DNA of 32,380 nucleotides from Trichomonas gallinae (Eukaryota): NCBI GenBank assembly GCA_008369845.1, contig MRSU01000298.1, positions 1 to 32,380 of the forward strand, read 5' to 3'. Shown piece by piece: positions 1 to 10,305 of this stretch (position 1 is its first letter; each line of letters starts with the position of its first letter). The notes under the pieces were generated by a model. It saw only the letters and a program-made list of their open reading frames with translations, ran no database searches and was not told where the DNA came from. The position numbers and the translations under genes were made by a program.

Positions 1-539
1 GCTGTATAAACAAAAATTGACTTTTTCACAGCGAATCACGAAGTTTTTCAAAAATTTAATAAATATTTATTTAGTACATAGACTAATATATTCATATGTA
101 TCAGCGATTTGAATTCCAATGAGGACGACGATAGCGAGGACGATAGTCATCTATACTTGTTTATAAGGCTAATAATAAGGCTGATCAGTAATGACCCAAT
201 ATAGAAAAAATTGAATTCAATATTAAGGAACAAGCCAATTATCATACAGTCATCAGCATGGGCATACAATATAAATGATTCACACATGATAACGCTTCAT
301 TTCATCGATTTCAAACAATTTAGCATTTTTGCAATTCTTAAAATATATAATGATGGGTTGCTCATAGTGTATAGCCAAGAGTAAACGGCAGGAATTACGC
401 CAATCAAAGGACATGGTGTCAATGGCATATTATTACCATTATAAGGAATTTTCATCCTTGGCATATTTGCCACTTTACATTATAAAGGGGGTGACACTAT
501 GATAAAAAGGGATTTTTAAACGTATAATTTTTAAAATTC

Positions 540-926
540 ATGGAATCTTCTCTTCTAACAAAATTTAATGATGTTCTTGACAGTCAAGATGTTGATGCAC
601 TTAAGGCTGCGCTGCAGAACTTAATGGTTTTGTTCGAAACGCAAAATAGAAATTATCTCGAATTAAAACAACAAGTAAAAAACCTCAAAATCAAAAAACC
701 AAATATGATTATCGAAAATTGCGATGAAATATCATTATCTCCTGAAGAAAACACCCCTCCAACATCCGATGTCGTTGATGAATCATATGAGCTCTTAGCT
801 GCTATCAGAAGATCTAGAAAGATACATAACAGAACTATTACAAACGTAGAAAAGGTGCTAAATACTATTGTTACAAATGAAGAAAATAGAACTGCACAAA
901 TAGCCTCAATTCTTAATAATGAATAA
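540..926 (+). CDS. Hypothetical protein (128 aa) with probable N-terminal coiled coil
   Basis: Clean ATG-TAA ORF with TCA immediately before the ATG; heptad-like segment LKAALQNLMVLFETQNRNYLELKQQVKNL; no recognised family. Confidence 0.7.
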   Translation: MESSLLTKFNDVLDSQDVDALKAALQNLMVLFETQNRNYLELKQQVKNLKIKKPNMIIENCDEISLSPEENTPPTSDVVDESYELLAAIRRSRKIHNRTITNVEKVLNTIVTNEENRTAQIASILNNE

Positions 927-1102
927 TCATTCCATTTAGATATTCTGTCATACCTGTTGTTTTTTTGTAAATTGTTAATAATATTTTTGATCAATAATAT
1001 TTTTCAAAGTTCAGATTTTAATATATGAAAAATGTTAAAGTATACGTGTATATTTATTTAAGAAGTTTGAACAAATTGTCATATTTTTTTTTCAGATTTC
1101 AT

Positions 1103-1423
1103 TTAGAAAAGTTCTTTGTATTTATGTACGAGTTTAACCATTGCATTCCATGTTTCTGTGTCAACATTTGATGAAACAGGAATTGAATTTTCTTCTTCTA
1201 TTTCTCCGTTGTCTTGGACGCGGCCAGTGACCTCAATCCATGCATCTTTGAATCTTCCTTCATCTAAAGCTGGATTCTTGTGAACACGAACTGTTTTCAT
1301 ATCTGTAGAATTGATAACGAAAGGATCTGACTCTCTATCGACGAGCTTGCCGACAATTGTAACCAACTTTCCCTTGTGCTGAGGTAAATATTCAGCATTA
1401 ACACGGAAACTTCTGCTGCTCAT
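1103..1423 (-). CDS. RPA3: Replication protein A 14 kDa subunit (RPA3-like OB fold), 106 aa
   Basis: RVNAEYLPQHKGKLVTIVGKL...WIEVTGRV...WNAMVKLVHKYKELF resembles RPA3; start moved from the TTG at 1471 to the first ATG at 1423. Confidence 0.85.
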   Translation of the reverse strand: MSSRSFRVNAEYLPQHKGKLVTIVGKLVDRESDPFVINSTDMKTVRVHKNPALDEGRFKDAWIEVTGRVQDNGEIEEENSIPVSSNVDTETWNAMVKLVHKYKELF

Positions 1424-1624
1424 TTGAAAATTAACGTACGAATTTACCAAATCTGCTTTGTAAAGTGTCAAAATTCAGATATAGCATTCAATTTTTGAAA
1501 GCAAATTGAAAATTTGTCATGTAAAATGACAAGTTTGGTAAATCTTTTTTAAAAAAAACCAAAATCTAATAAAATATCTAATATTTACATTACACTAAAA
1601 CAAAATCATTAAAAATTGTTGAAA

Positions 1625-2812
1625 TTATTTGACCGCCTGAGTTAATGAAAGTTTTCTCTTAAGGGAATTATAGAGAGGAGACATGCATATGTTTGTGTGT
1701 ACGCTCTTCCTTCTCTCAAGTTTGATTTTCTCCTTTTCTTGTGCAACGGGAGCGAGCTTTGGAAGCTGCTCTGCTCCAGAAACAGTGTTCTTTCTAATCA
1801 TACCATTGAATGAAGTTCTGCAAGATAAAGGAGCGAACTTAGAATTCATGTATTCACGCTTCAATATTGTTAATATTGTTGTACCGGGATTAATGACATC
1901 GTTCTCCATGTCTTTCTGCGCTTCTTCTAAGTTGAATCCAAATGCAGTCATTACATTACCAATTAAAGTATAATCATATTGGAAATTTGTAATTCTGTTT
2001 TCGACGTGCTTGATATTGGCGGCGACGAATGGGTGATTCATAGCATCTTGTAGTGTGATTCTAGACTGTGGATTTTTCGTTAGTAAGCGCTTCAACAGAT
2101 CTAAACAAGTAGCTGATAGGTTATTTGGATACTCAACTTCTTTGAAGACGATCTTTTGAGCTAATCTGCTTATGCTTGGATCCTCGAACGGAAGGAAGCC
2201 GCAAACCATGGCATACAATACAACACCGCAGCTCCATATATCTGACGAAAATGTGTATTGGTGGCCTAAAATCATCTCGGGTGACGCATAGGCTGGTGAT
2301 CCGCATTGAGTATTCATCAGATTATCAGGGCTTGTAGAAGTATTGGATAGGCCAAAGTCAATAATACGGATGTTCTGATTCTGGTCGAAGAGTATGTTTT
2401 CAGCTTTAATGTCTCTATGCGCAATTTTTAGGTCTGTCTGAAGATAATTCATGACTATCAAAATCTGGGCGAATATTAGAGAAGCCTCGTCTTCTGTAAA
2501 GGCACCAGAATCATTTAATCTGGTGAACAACGTTCCATTTTGAGCGAATTCCATGACAATGTAAATGAAATCTTCTGTTTCGACGACCTCGTAAAGCTGT
2601 GAAATCAATGGATGTTTAAGCTTACGCATGATATCGATTTCACGCTTAATCCTTTCAACTTGCTTTCCATCATCATTATTTGCTCTTTTGTCAATCTTTT
2701 TGATGGCAACCTTTGCATTTGTCTGTTTGTGCTGCCCAAAATAGACTTTAGCAAACGCACCAGATGCGCATCCCTGAACTACGTTGTAGTTAACAAGAGG
2801 AAGCGTGTCCAT
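1625..2812 (-). CDS. CAMK-group (SNF1/AMPK/MARK-like) Ser/Thr protein kinase
   Basis: VAIK, HRDIKAEN, DFGLS, TQCGSPAYASPE, DIWSCGV; first ATG at 2812 follows an Inr-like TCATT; the poly-F extension in the ORF track comes from an A tract. Confidence 0.93.
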   Translation of the reverse strand: MDTLPLVNYNVVQGCASGAFAKVYFGQHKQTNAKVAIKKIDKRANNDDGKQVERIKREIDIMRKLKHPLISQLYEVVETEDFIYIVMEFAQNGTLFTRLNDSGAFTEDEASLIFAQILIVMNYLQTDLKIAHRDIKAENILFDQNQNIRIIDFGLSNTSTSPDNLMNTQCGSPAYASPEMILGHQYTFSSDIWSCGVVLYAMVCGFLPFEDPSISRLAQKIVFKEVEYPNNLSATCLDLLKRLLTKNPQSRITLQDAMNHPFVAANIKHVENRITNFQYDYTLIGNVMTAFGFNLEEAQKDMENDVINPGTTILTILKREYMNSKFAPLSCRTSFNGMIRKNTVSGAEQLPKLAPVAQEKEKIKLERRKSVHTNICMSPLYNSLKRKLSLTQAVK

Positions 2813-3902
2813 TTTGAACCTAAAAATGAATCCAAAAAAAAAAAAAAAATTCTGCAAAAATTCATTATGACATCTTGATAAGAATATTAAAATAGCAATT
2901 ATATAATAATGATTGAAAAGTTGATGTGAATTGAATAGTTTATAAAATTATGTAACGAATTATTTTTGGACACATTGTTTAAAATCATAAATGGAATATA
3001 AGTAATCAAATTTCGTCGCAAAATGTCGAAATTTTATGTATTTGAAAATATGGATTAAATATGAAATACTTGTATCATGTAATACATTTTTGACATTATT
3101 ACAAATTGAGAGCTCAATCAAAATTGTTTAGTTTCAAATTGATTGATTTTGAAATCGTAAAATTGCTATATATAAAATCATAAATTATGCAGGATTTCTC
3201 GAGAAGTTCTTCGATTCAGAAAAAATATAATTTCGTATTTTGATTGCATATCATCTATGGTGATTACAGGTCAAAAAAATCCTTTGAAAAATTTGTGAAG
3301 GTATTTCGAATTTGTTTGAGAAAATTTTTATTCTCTCACAATTTCAAATCAGTAATCTATATCCTTTTCATTTTAATAGCATTTATTTTTCATCGACAGA
3401 AGTTTTTCAATGAGTTATTTTTTAATAAGAACGAAATCACATGCATAATATTGGTCAAATTTCAATCCATTTCACAAAGTGGACAATCATTCTCGATCAA
3501 AAAAATTTTGGTGTCTTGTTTTTAGTTATTGATAAATATTAATCACTTTTATGCACTTTAAAACCATAGCTTTTTTTAACCTCGTCACGTTTTTTCCGTC
3601 TTTAGAAAGAAATTCGTCACACATTTGCAAACGTTATTGATAATGGGTACTACTGTTTACATCATACATGAAGTTGTTCCTAAAAGTTAGCAAAAACAAT
3701 ATCATCAGATATTTATCACATTAGTGAGTGACCGTTTGGATTCATTATTATGAATGAGAAATTTGTATATTATTGGGTTATGTGGCGCAGAAAGCAAACG
3801 TACAATAGCATAATAAAACGAATAAAAATAGAAGTAGTTTACAGGTAAGATCCATCAATACAATATGGGAACGAATTAACTAAGGGATATATGATAGTGA
3901 AT

Positions 3903-5312
3903 TTAGTCACTTTCTCCAAAATTGCTATCATCAGAATCTTCATCGGATGAATTTGTGCGTTTCCTTCTTTGGCGGGTAGATCTACGTCTTGGTGATGCTC
4001 TTGTGGCTTTTGCACGCTTAGATTTAGGCTTTGGCTTCTCTTCTTCCTCTTCTAATTTTTGAACATCTTCATTTTCATCTTCTTTTTCTTCCTCTACATT
4101 TGTTTCCTTTTTCGTCTTTCTTGTTCTCTTCTTGCTTGGCTTTTCTTCTGATTCTTCATCTTTTTCTTCATTTTCATTTGTTTCTTCTGCTTCTTCTTTA
4201 GATTCTTCATCATTTTGAGCCTTCTTTCCACGGCGTGTCTTTGGTTTCGGTTTTTCTTCAGCTTCTTCTGCATTATCGATATTTCCAGCTGTTTCTTCGT
4301 CTTCTTTTACTGTCTCCTCTTCATCCTTGGCCTTCTTACCGCGGCGTGTCTTTGATTTTGGCTTTTCTTCAGCATCTTCGATTGCTTCATTATCTTCTTC
4401 ATCTTTCTTGGATTTATTGGAACGTGTAGACTTTGACTTAGTTTCAGTAAATTCAACAAGAGTATCGAAAATATGACCATCATTAAGGCGCGTATTAAAT
4501 GCTTTTTCAACTTTAACATCAGATTCCTTGAGAATTGATCGTTTAAGTAATAAGGAATGAGGAACATGGTCACTAAACTCGCAAGATTCCATTGCGCAAT
4601 CAACTATATTTTCTTTGTTATAGTGGGCATTATCAATTACGAAATAGTCGACTCTCCAGCCTCTTCCTAGAGCCTTAGCATTGAATCTGTATGAATAGTA
4701 TGTGAATTCTTTCTTTTCTGGGTAAAGATTACGAAATACATCGGTATAACCGCTTTCTAAGAACTCGTGGAACCATTTTCTCTCTTCTGGAGTGTATCCT
4801 GCTACTTTATCCTTTCCTTTTGTATCGAAAATATCAATAGGTTCGTGGGCAACATTCAGATCACCTGTCCAAATTGTTGTTTTCTTCTTGCTGAGCTCAT
4901 CCAAGTGTGCTTTAATGCGTGGATTCCATGTTTCGATCTTGTATTTCAAGCGTTCAAGTTTCATTCCCGCATTCGGAACATATGTATTGACAAGATAGAA
5001 ACATGCAAACTCCATTGTAATGCAGCGGCCTTCATCATCAGGAAAACTGATGTTTACAGAAACCGGCTTGATTTTTGTATAAATTGCAGTGCCATGCAAT
5101 CCTGGCCTTTCACAATTGAAGAAATATCCCTGATATCCTTCAATAATGAAAGATCCGATGTTTGGTTCGCAGTTTTCGTGAAGTTTCGTTTCTTGAATAG
5201 ATAAAATGTCTGGATTTGACTTTTGGACGAATTCTGGGAATCCTTTCTTCCATGCAGCACGCAAAGATGCAGCATTGGCCGATACAATCTTTAATGGAGT
5301 CTCTTCACTCAT
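3903..5312 (-). CDS. APEX1: Exonuclease III/APE1-family AP endonuclease with long charged C-terminal tail
   Basis: PDILSIQETK, EGRCIT, YVPNAG, GDLNVAH, GWRVDYF, SDHVP motifs; about 200 aa E/K/R-rich low-complexity tail. Confidence 0.92.
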   Translation of the reverse strand: MSEETPLKIVSANAASLRAAWKKGFPEFVQKSNPDILSIQETKLHENCEPNIGSFIIEGYQGYFFNCERPGLHGTAIYTKIKPVSVNISFPDDEGRCITMEFACFYLVNTYVPNAGMKLERLKYKIETWNPRIKAHLDELSKKKTTIWTGDLNVAHEPIDIFDTKGKDKVAGYTPEERKWFHEFLESGYTDVFRNLYPEKKEFTYYSYRFNAKALGRGWRVDYFVIDNAHYNKENIVDCAMESCEFSDHVPHSLLLKRSILKESDVKVEKAFNTRLNDGHIFDTLVEFTETKSKSTRSNKSKKDEEDNEAIEDAEEKPKSKTRRGKKAKDEEETVKEDEETAGNIDNAEEAEEKPKPKTRRGKKAQNDEESKEEAEETNENEEKDEESEEKPSKKRTRKTKKETNVEEEKEDENEDVQKLEEEEEKPKPKSKRAKATRASPRRRSTRQRRKRTNSSDEDSDDSNFGESD

Positions 5313-5329
5313 TTATATTTGTCACTTTT
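5310..5329 (-). promoter_or_regulatory. AAAAGTGAC 5' element 8 nt before the APE ATG
   Basis: Minus strand reads AAAAGTGACAAATATAAATG; AAAGTGAC is a described T. vaginalis 5' motif and the reverse complement of the Inr-containing GTCACTTT. Confidence 0.6.
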
Positions 5330-6248
5330 ATAATGATTTGCTTTTCTCAAATCAACTATGTTAGGTTAAATGTCGAACATTCTACAAGAAAATCGAATAA
5401 ATATGAGTTCGCTTCTCTCATACTATTAGGGTGTATAGTACCCTATCATGTTAACCTACTAGGTTAGTTCACTTCTAATCACCTACGCTGATAGGCGCTG
5501 AATATTAACCTGGTGAATTTTTGACAAATGTCAGATTTTGTCCTCACCTTAGCTTTTAAATATAAAACATGTATTTAACTGGCCTATTTAATCCTAATCT
5601 ATCATTTTTACTGCAAATTAAATGTAAATTACTAGAATAAAGAAAAGTATGGAAACTTAGAAGAGCTCTAGGAAATTGCTCTAAATTTTGCAAGCATTAT
5701 ATATACATCTTCATGATGTTAAATATATGATATATAAGGATATAAATAATTACAAGTCGAGTTTGAATTTTTCCTAATTTTATATTACAAATTTATTTTT
5801 TAAACTTAATTTTCCTATCAGAAAGAAAGGTGACTAGTTTCCATACCTTTGGAGAAAGGCATTCCGACCAATAACCTTATTCTAAAATTTAGCTACAATG
5901 TTACTTCAAGCTAATTTATAAGACTAGTTAATATATTGACTACAAACATGTAATAGCAAAAATTAATGAGCACAATATAACCTATATACACTAAATGAAG
6001 TTTACACTGCTATTCTATGGTGGTTTTCTTCTGTAAACCTTGGTATATATGATTTTTGCTAAATTTAAAAAAAAAATACAGACAGAGATGTGGATCTGAA
6101 TTCTATTAGTGTATATTATAATGGGTTGAATTGTGTAATCTATAACGAAATAAAAAAGATAATAGACGTATAGTTGTCTTACTCATCAATGGTCAATAAT
6201 TCATTAAGATTTAAAGTTAACTTCAAATTGTTTAAATCCTTAGATATC

Positions 6249-7112
6249 TTAGTTATTGTAGTTATATGTGTCGCGAATGATGGTTGAAATCTTAGGACGA
6301 TTTTCTTCATATGGAATTTCAATAACTTCTTCATGAACAGGTTCTTCTTCACCGTGAACCGCTGTATCTTGACGCATTTCGGGTGGAGGAGGTAATGGTC
6401 TCTCGAGTTTTCGAGCATGTTCAATTGCTTCCTGTGTGACATAATCCTGCATTGTGGTATCTTTAACAAGAATCTGAATTTCTCGAACAAATGATGGTGG
6501 GATTTTAACCAAACCTATCACGCATGGAGCCAAAGCAATGGCAATTGCGTGTGTAATATGATCGTAATCAATGGATTTGTCCATCCAACGAATTTCTTCG
6601 CTGTAAGAGCCGAATAACAAATTCGCTTTGATTTTAGATAAAACCACGAAGTTTTTAGCCAGGTCGATCTTAAGTTTCATGTCTAGCCACTCAACCATGG
6701 CAGTCTTATTGAGTGTTTCATGCATATAAGGCGTAAATGTGTAGACATATAATTTTAATTCGCCTCTCGACTTGCTATATATCACTGAATTGATGCTGCT
6801 TACTGTTTGGCCAAAGTTATATGATCTGAAATGCTTAATAGTCTTCAATTTACGAATAAACATGTCACTATATCTTAAATAAATTATATCTTTGTCTTCT
6901 AATGATTTCTTAAGAACCATATCAACGTACATATCCATAAAATTCACTGGAATGTCTGCTTTTCCAATATGTGAGCATGAATAAAATTTCCAAAAACCTT
7001 TCAAGTTTCCGCTTTGCATTGGCTGCGAAAGGCGATCAGCCATGAACTTAAGCATCATCTGATTGCCAAAGCTAAGAGCCTGGAAGAGTCCTGAAAGAAA
7101 GAACAATCCCAT
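6249..7112 (-). CDS. Uncharacterised protein, paralogue A of three-gene cluster (287 aa)
   Basis: Aligns by eye to 8341-9327 and 7421-8215: FW.F.SCS, F.RKLKT, INS..Y.K..G.L..Y.YTFTP, AKN...SKI, AI.IA.AP. Confidence 0.85.
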   Translation of the reverse strand: MGLFFLSGLFQALSFGNQMMLKFMADRLSQPMQSGNLKGFWKFYSCSHIGKADIPVNFMDMYVDMVLKKSLEDKDIIYLRYSDMFIRKLKTIKHFRSYNFGQTVSSINSVIYSKSRGELKLYVYTFTPYMHETLNKTAMVEWLDMKLKIDLAKNFVVLSKIKANLLFGSYSEEIRWMDKSIDYDHITHAIAIALAPCVIGLVKIPPSFVREIQILVKDTTMQDYVTQEAIEHARKLERPLPPPPEMRQDTAVHGEEEPVHEEVIEIPYEENRPKISTIIRDTYNYNN

Positions 7113-7403
7113 AATATGAACAGTATCGTCTGACTGTCAAATATGTTTGGCAAAAATCCCAATATTTGACGACGATTATTTTAAATTCAACTTTATTAAA
7201 TAAAAATATTTCGTATTTTATATATTTTCCATTTTTGGATATTTTTACAAAGATTGTTTTTTGAATTTTCACAAAATTTGAGAGTTGATTCAAAAAAAAA
7301 AAAAAAAATGGCATAGAAAATATACATAATACATTTTGATATTTATCTGATTTTGATATAAATGTTAAAAACTTAAAATTTGTCGTCAAATTGGCAAATA
7401 TTC

Positions 7404-7423
7404 AAAAGTGACAAATATAAATG
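7404..7423 (+). promoter_or_regulatory. AAAAGTGAC 5' element 8 nt before the ATG at 7421
   Basis: AAAAGTGACAAATATAAATG, identical to the leader of the APE gene. Confidence 0.6.
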
Positions 7424-8215
7424 GGAGCTGATAATTCATTGTTATTATTAGCCATAAAGAGGCTGATGAGTTCAGAGGACATGAAAGGTGATAAATTCGA
7501 GACGTTTCACTCAGTCACAGGCTTGGAACAGTATGAAATAGGAATTCAAGATTTGCCCGAATTTATCAATTTTTTTGCTGATGATTGTGCACGTAGGATC
7601 AGTGGCTTACAATCAGAGAAGCAGAGCATGATTAATTTTCTCAAATTTGAATCAAAATTAATCAAAAATATTAAAACTCTTCCAAATGACTTCAGGGATT
7701 CATCCATTAATTCAATATATGACAAAGGATCTGGAACATTTTATATCTTTAGCTATGTTTTTCGAAAATTAAATTCTGATACTGCTTCTTGCGAGACAAT
7801 AGAAGTCAGTATTAGGTACAAACTTGCTGATTTAATCATTGTATTGACAAGAGTTAGTCACTGTTTGTTATGGAGTAGTTCATCACAAGAATTCAGAAGA
7901 ATTCCGCCTGCTTTTTCAAACACTAATGTTATTAATGCTCTAATGATTGCAGTAGCACCGTTGTTAACATCTCCTGCAGCACCAAAATCATTAGTGGAAG
8001 ATCTTAAAGATGCTGCCAGAAATACACCAGATTTCATTCCTAACGATAACCATAGAAGGAAAGTCATTGATCCAATAACAAAGATGAAGGTTATAGTGAC
8101 AGATCCTGTAATTTTGAGATTATTGCCAACAAAATGGGAATATGTCTCATCCATTGACATTAAATCTGGATTTAGGCGCCATCGCATCCCATTTGATTGG
8201 AAATTTGAACATTAA
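7421..8215 (+). CDS. Uncharacterised protein, paralogue B of three-gene cluster (264 aa), possible N-myristoylation
   Basis: SINSIYDKGSGTFYIFSYVF, RYKLADLIIVLTRV, ALMIAVAP match paralogues A and C; N-terminus MGADNS fits MGxxxS. Confidence 0.85.
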   Translation: MGADNSLLLLAIKRLMSSEDMKGDKFETFHSVTGLEQYEIGIQDLPEFINFFADDCARRISGLQSEKQSMINFLKFESKLIKNIKTLPNDFRDSSINSIYDKGSGTFYIFSYVFRKLNSDTASCETIEVSIRYKLADLIIVLTRVSHCLLWSSSSQEFRRIPPAFSNTNVINALMIAVAPLLTSPAAPKSLVEDLKDAARNTPDFIPNDNHRRKVIDPITKMKVIVTDPVILRLLPTKWEYVSSIDIKSGFRRHRIPFDWKFEH

Positions 8216-8340
8216 ATTTTAATAATTCCGTATTATCATGAAAATAGTGTTTACATTTGCAATTCGATGATATTGAATAAAATATGAATATTTTTATACT
8301 AAAAATCGAAAAATAAAAGATTTATTCAACAAATTATTGT

Positions 8341-9327
8341 TTAATAAATTTTGTTATATTTGCTGTGAGGACGGCGTGATCTCCTCTTATCATGATGTCT
8401 CCATTGGTAAGAAACATCAGGGGTATAATGTGTGTGCATGTAATGTGGATCGTATAATGTTATTCGAGGACTTTTTGCACGGTTTGGTAAAATTGGCGGA
8501 TTTGTTTTCGGTTTTGCATCTGGTTTAATGCTATCAATTGCAGCTTGCACTGTTTGGTTGTTTCTCTCATCCTGTCTCTGAACCATTTGTTGGAACAACT
8601 GGCCCTGCTGAGCAAGGACTTCGGGAGATGGGGGAACGATGCCTTGTTTAACTTTTGTCTCATAATCATGCTGAATTGCTGCATTCATCACAGTCAAGAA
8701 CTCTGGAGGGACTGGAATGATACCAAGAACAGCTGGAGCTATGGCAATACCAATGGCTTGCACTACATCAGACATGCTGAACTCTTTCTGTGGAAGATAT
8801 TTAATTTCTGAAGTGGCTGTGCACTTAAAGAAATTCGTGTTTATCTTGCTTATAATGATCCAGTTCTTAGCCATTTTATACTTCAGTTCGACATTCATCG
8901 TTTTAACATTAACATACTTCTCGCCCCATATTGAAATGTTCGGGGTAAAAGTATATATATACATGTGCAAGCTTCCTGAATCTTTATTGTAGCCAATGGA
9001 ATTGATCGCGTTAAGACATTCGGCTTTATAATAAGATTTGTATTCTTCATGTGTTTTGAGTTTTCTAAAGAACTCATCCTTTTTAGAATATATTGAAAAA
9101 GACTGGTGTTTTAAGATGTGATCAACCTCATCTTTCATGAATCTTGGGAAGTCCTCGAGGCCTATTGGAGTTGTAGATATCACTGAGCATGAGCAAAACT
9201 CCCAAAACCAGTGTCCAGATCCGCCACCAGTGATTTGGGAAGAACTTGACGATCTAAACATGGAAAGGAGTGAATTTGCACCAGCAAGAGCTTGATTGAA
9301 GCCCTGTACGAAAGTTAAGAATCCCAT
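8341..9327 (-). CDS. Uncharacterised protein, paralogue C of three-gene cluster (328 aa)
   Basis: Amphipathic N-terminal helix, S/G linker, shared core (INSIGYNKDSGSLHMYIYTFTP, AIGIAIAPAVLGII), Q-rich then H/R-rich tail. Confidence 0.85.
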   Translation of the reverse strand: MGFLTFVQGFNQALAGANSLLSMFRSSSSSQITGGGSGHWFWEFCSCSVISTTPIGLEDFPRFMKDEVDHILKHQSFSIYSKKDEFFRKLKTHEEYKSYYKAECLNAINSIGYNKDSGSLHMYIYTFTPNISIWGEKYVNVKTMNVELKYKMAKNWIIISKINTNFFKCTATSEIKYLPQKEFSMSDVVQAIGIAIAPAVLGIIPVPPEFLTVMNAAIQHDYETKVKQGIVPPSPEVLAQQGQLFQQMVQRQDERNNQTVQAAIDSIKPDAKPKTNPPILPNRAKSPRITLYDPHYMHTHYTPDVSYQWRHHDKRRSRRPHSKYNKIY

Positions 9328-10305
9328 TATAAACTTTTGACGTTTTTTGGCAAATTGACATATAATTGTTATTCAAAAATTTTAAGTTCATAAAAATCAT
9401 AGCAAAGTCTTATTAATCCATTTTGACCGAATTTATTAGGACTGTCAGATTGTCAGGTGGATTTAATCCTAAGGTTAAGCACGATACCGAAGAATAAAGA
9501 TTTACATTTGGAGCTAAATTTTTATTAATTTGATTCACTGTTCTATGTAGATTACTATGGTTATGATTTTAGCAATATATTTTTATTTGACAATGAAAAT
9601 TTCAATATAATGATGTGTCAAATTGACAATCAATTTGCCATTCATGCTTTACGTTCAAATTATTTTATCACGCGCATATAGAACTAACGAGATATTTCCT
9701 GTCCAATACATTCAAGTTAATAAGTCAGAGACGCTCGAAAGATTTATCAGAATTGCAAATAATATTAAACAAAAATAGTCAAATGACTCAAGTTCAACAG
9801 TTTTTTTAAAAAATCCGCTATTCACGTGGGATGGATCTCGGCGAGGATACTTTCCATATCTGCCTCTTTTAATATTTATTGTTTTCTTAAATTAACCTTA
9901 AATATGCACCGGTAGTTTTTTGTTTTGATTAAAAACTGCATATATATAATACATTAAAAATCATAAAGAAAATTTTATAATTTTCAAGCCTGAAAACCAC
10001 TTATTTAACTAAAATTTGAATCATAAAATCGTGATTATTTAAAATTGATTAACAAAATTTATTTATAAATGATCTTTATGTTTTAATATAATGACCACAC
10101 ATGTCCAATTTTGTTTGAAGATTTGTGAGATAGGCACTTTTTGGAAAACTGACCATAAAATGTTTGCAAAGTGTCACATGAATTTCCAGAAATGAAAGAA
10201 ATTCATGTCATGTAAATGTCAATTTTATTTTTACGTGTCAAAAATGCAGTAAAAAAATGATTTATTTTGGTGTCTCCCCCTCATTAGTCTATCGGATCAC
10301 TTTTT

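Noticed and set aside
100..500. Short minus-strand frames (e.g. MPRMKIPYNGNN..., 55 aa) and a GAGGACGA..TAG repeat; possible decayed gene or transposon
   Set aside because: Stops in all frames examined and no recognisable motif; cannot support a call
3244..3525. 93-aa F/K/I-rich ORF; similarly 7072-7389, 14013-14198, 15361-15561, 19718-19903
   Set aside because: Composition reflects AT-rich intergenic DNA and homopolymer runs
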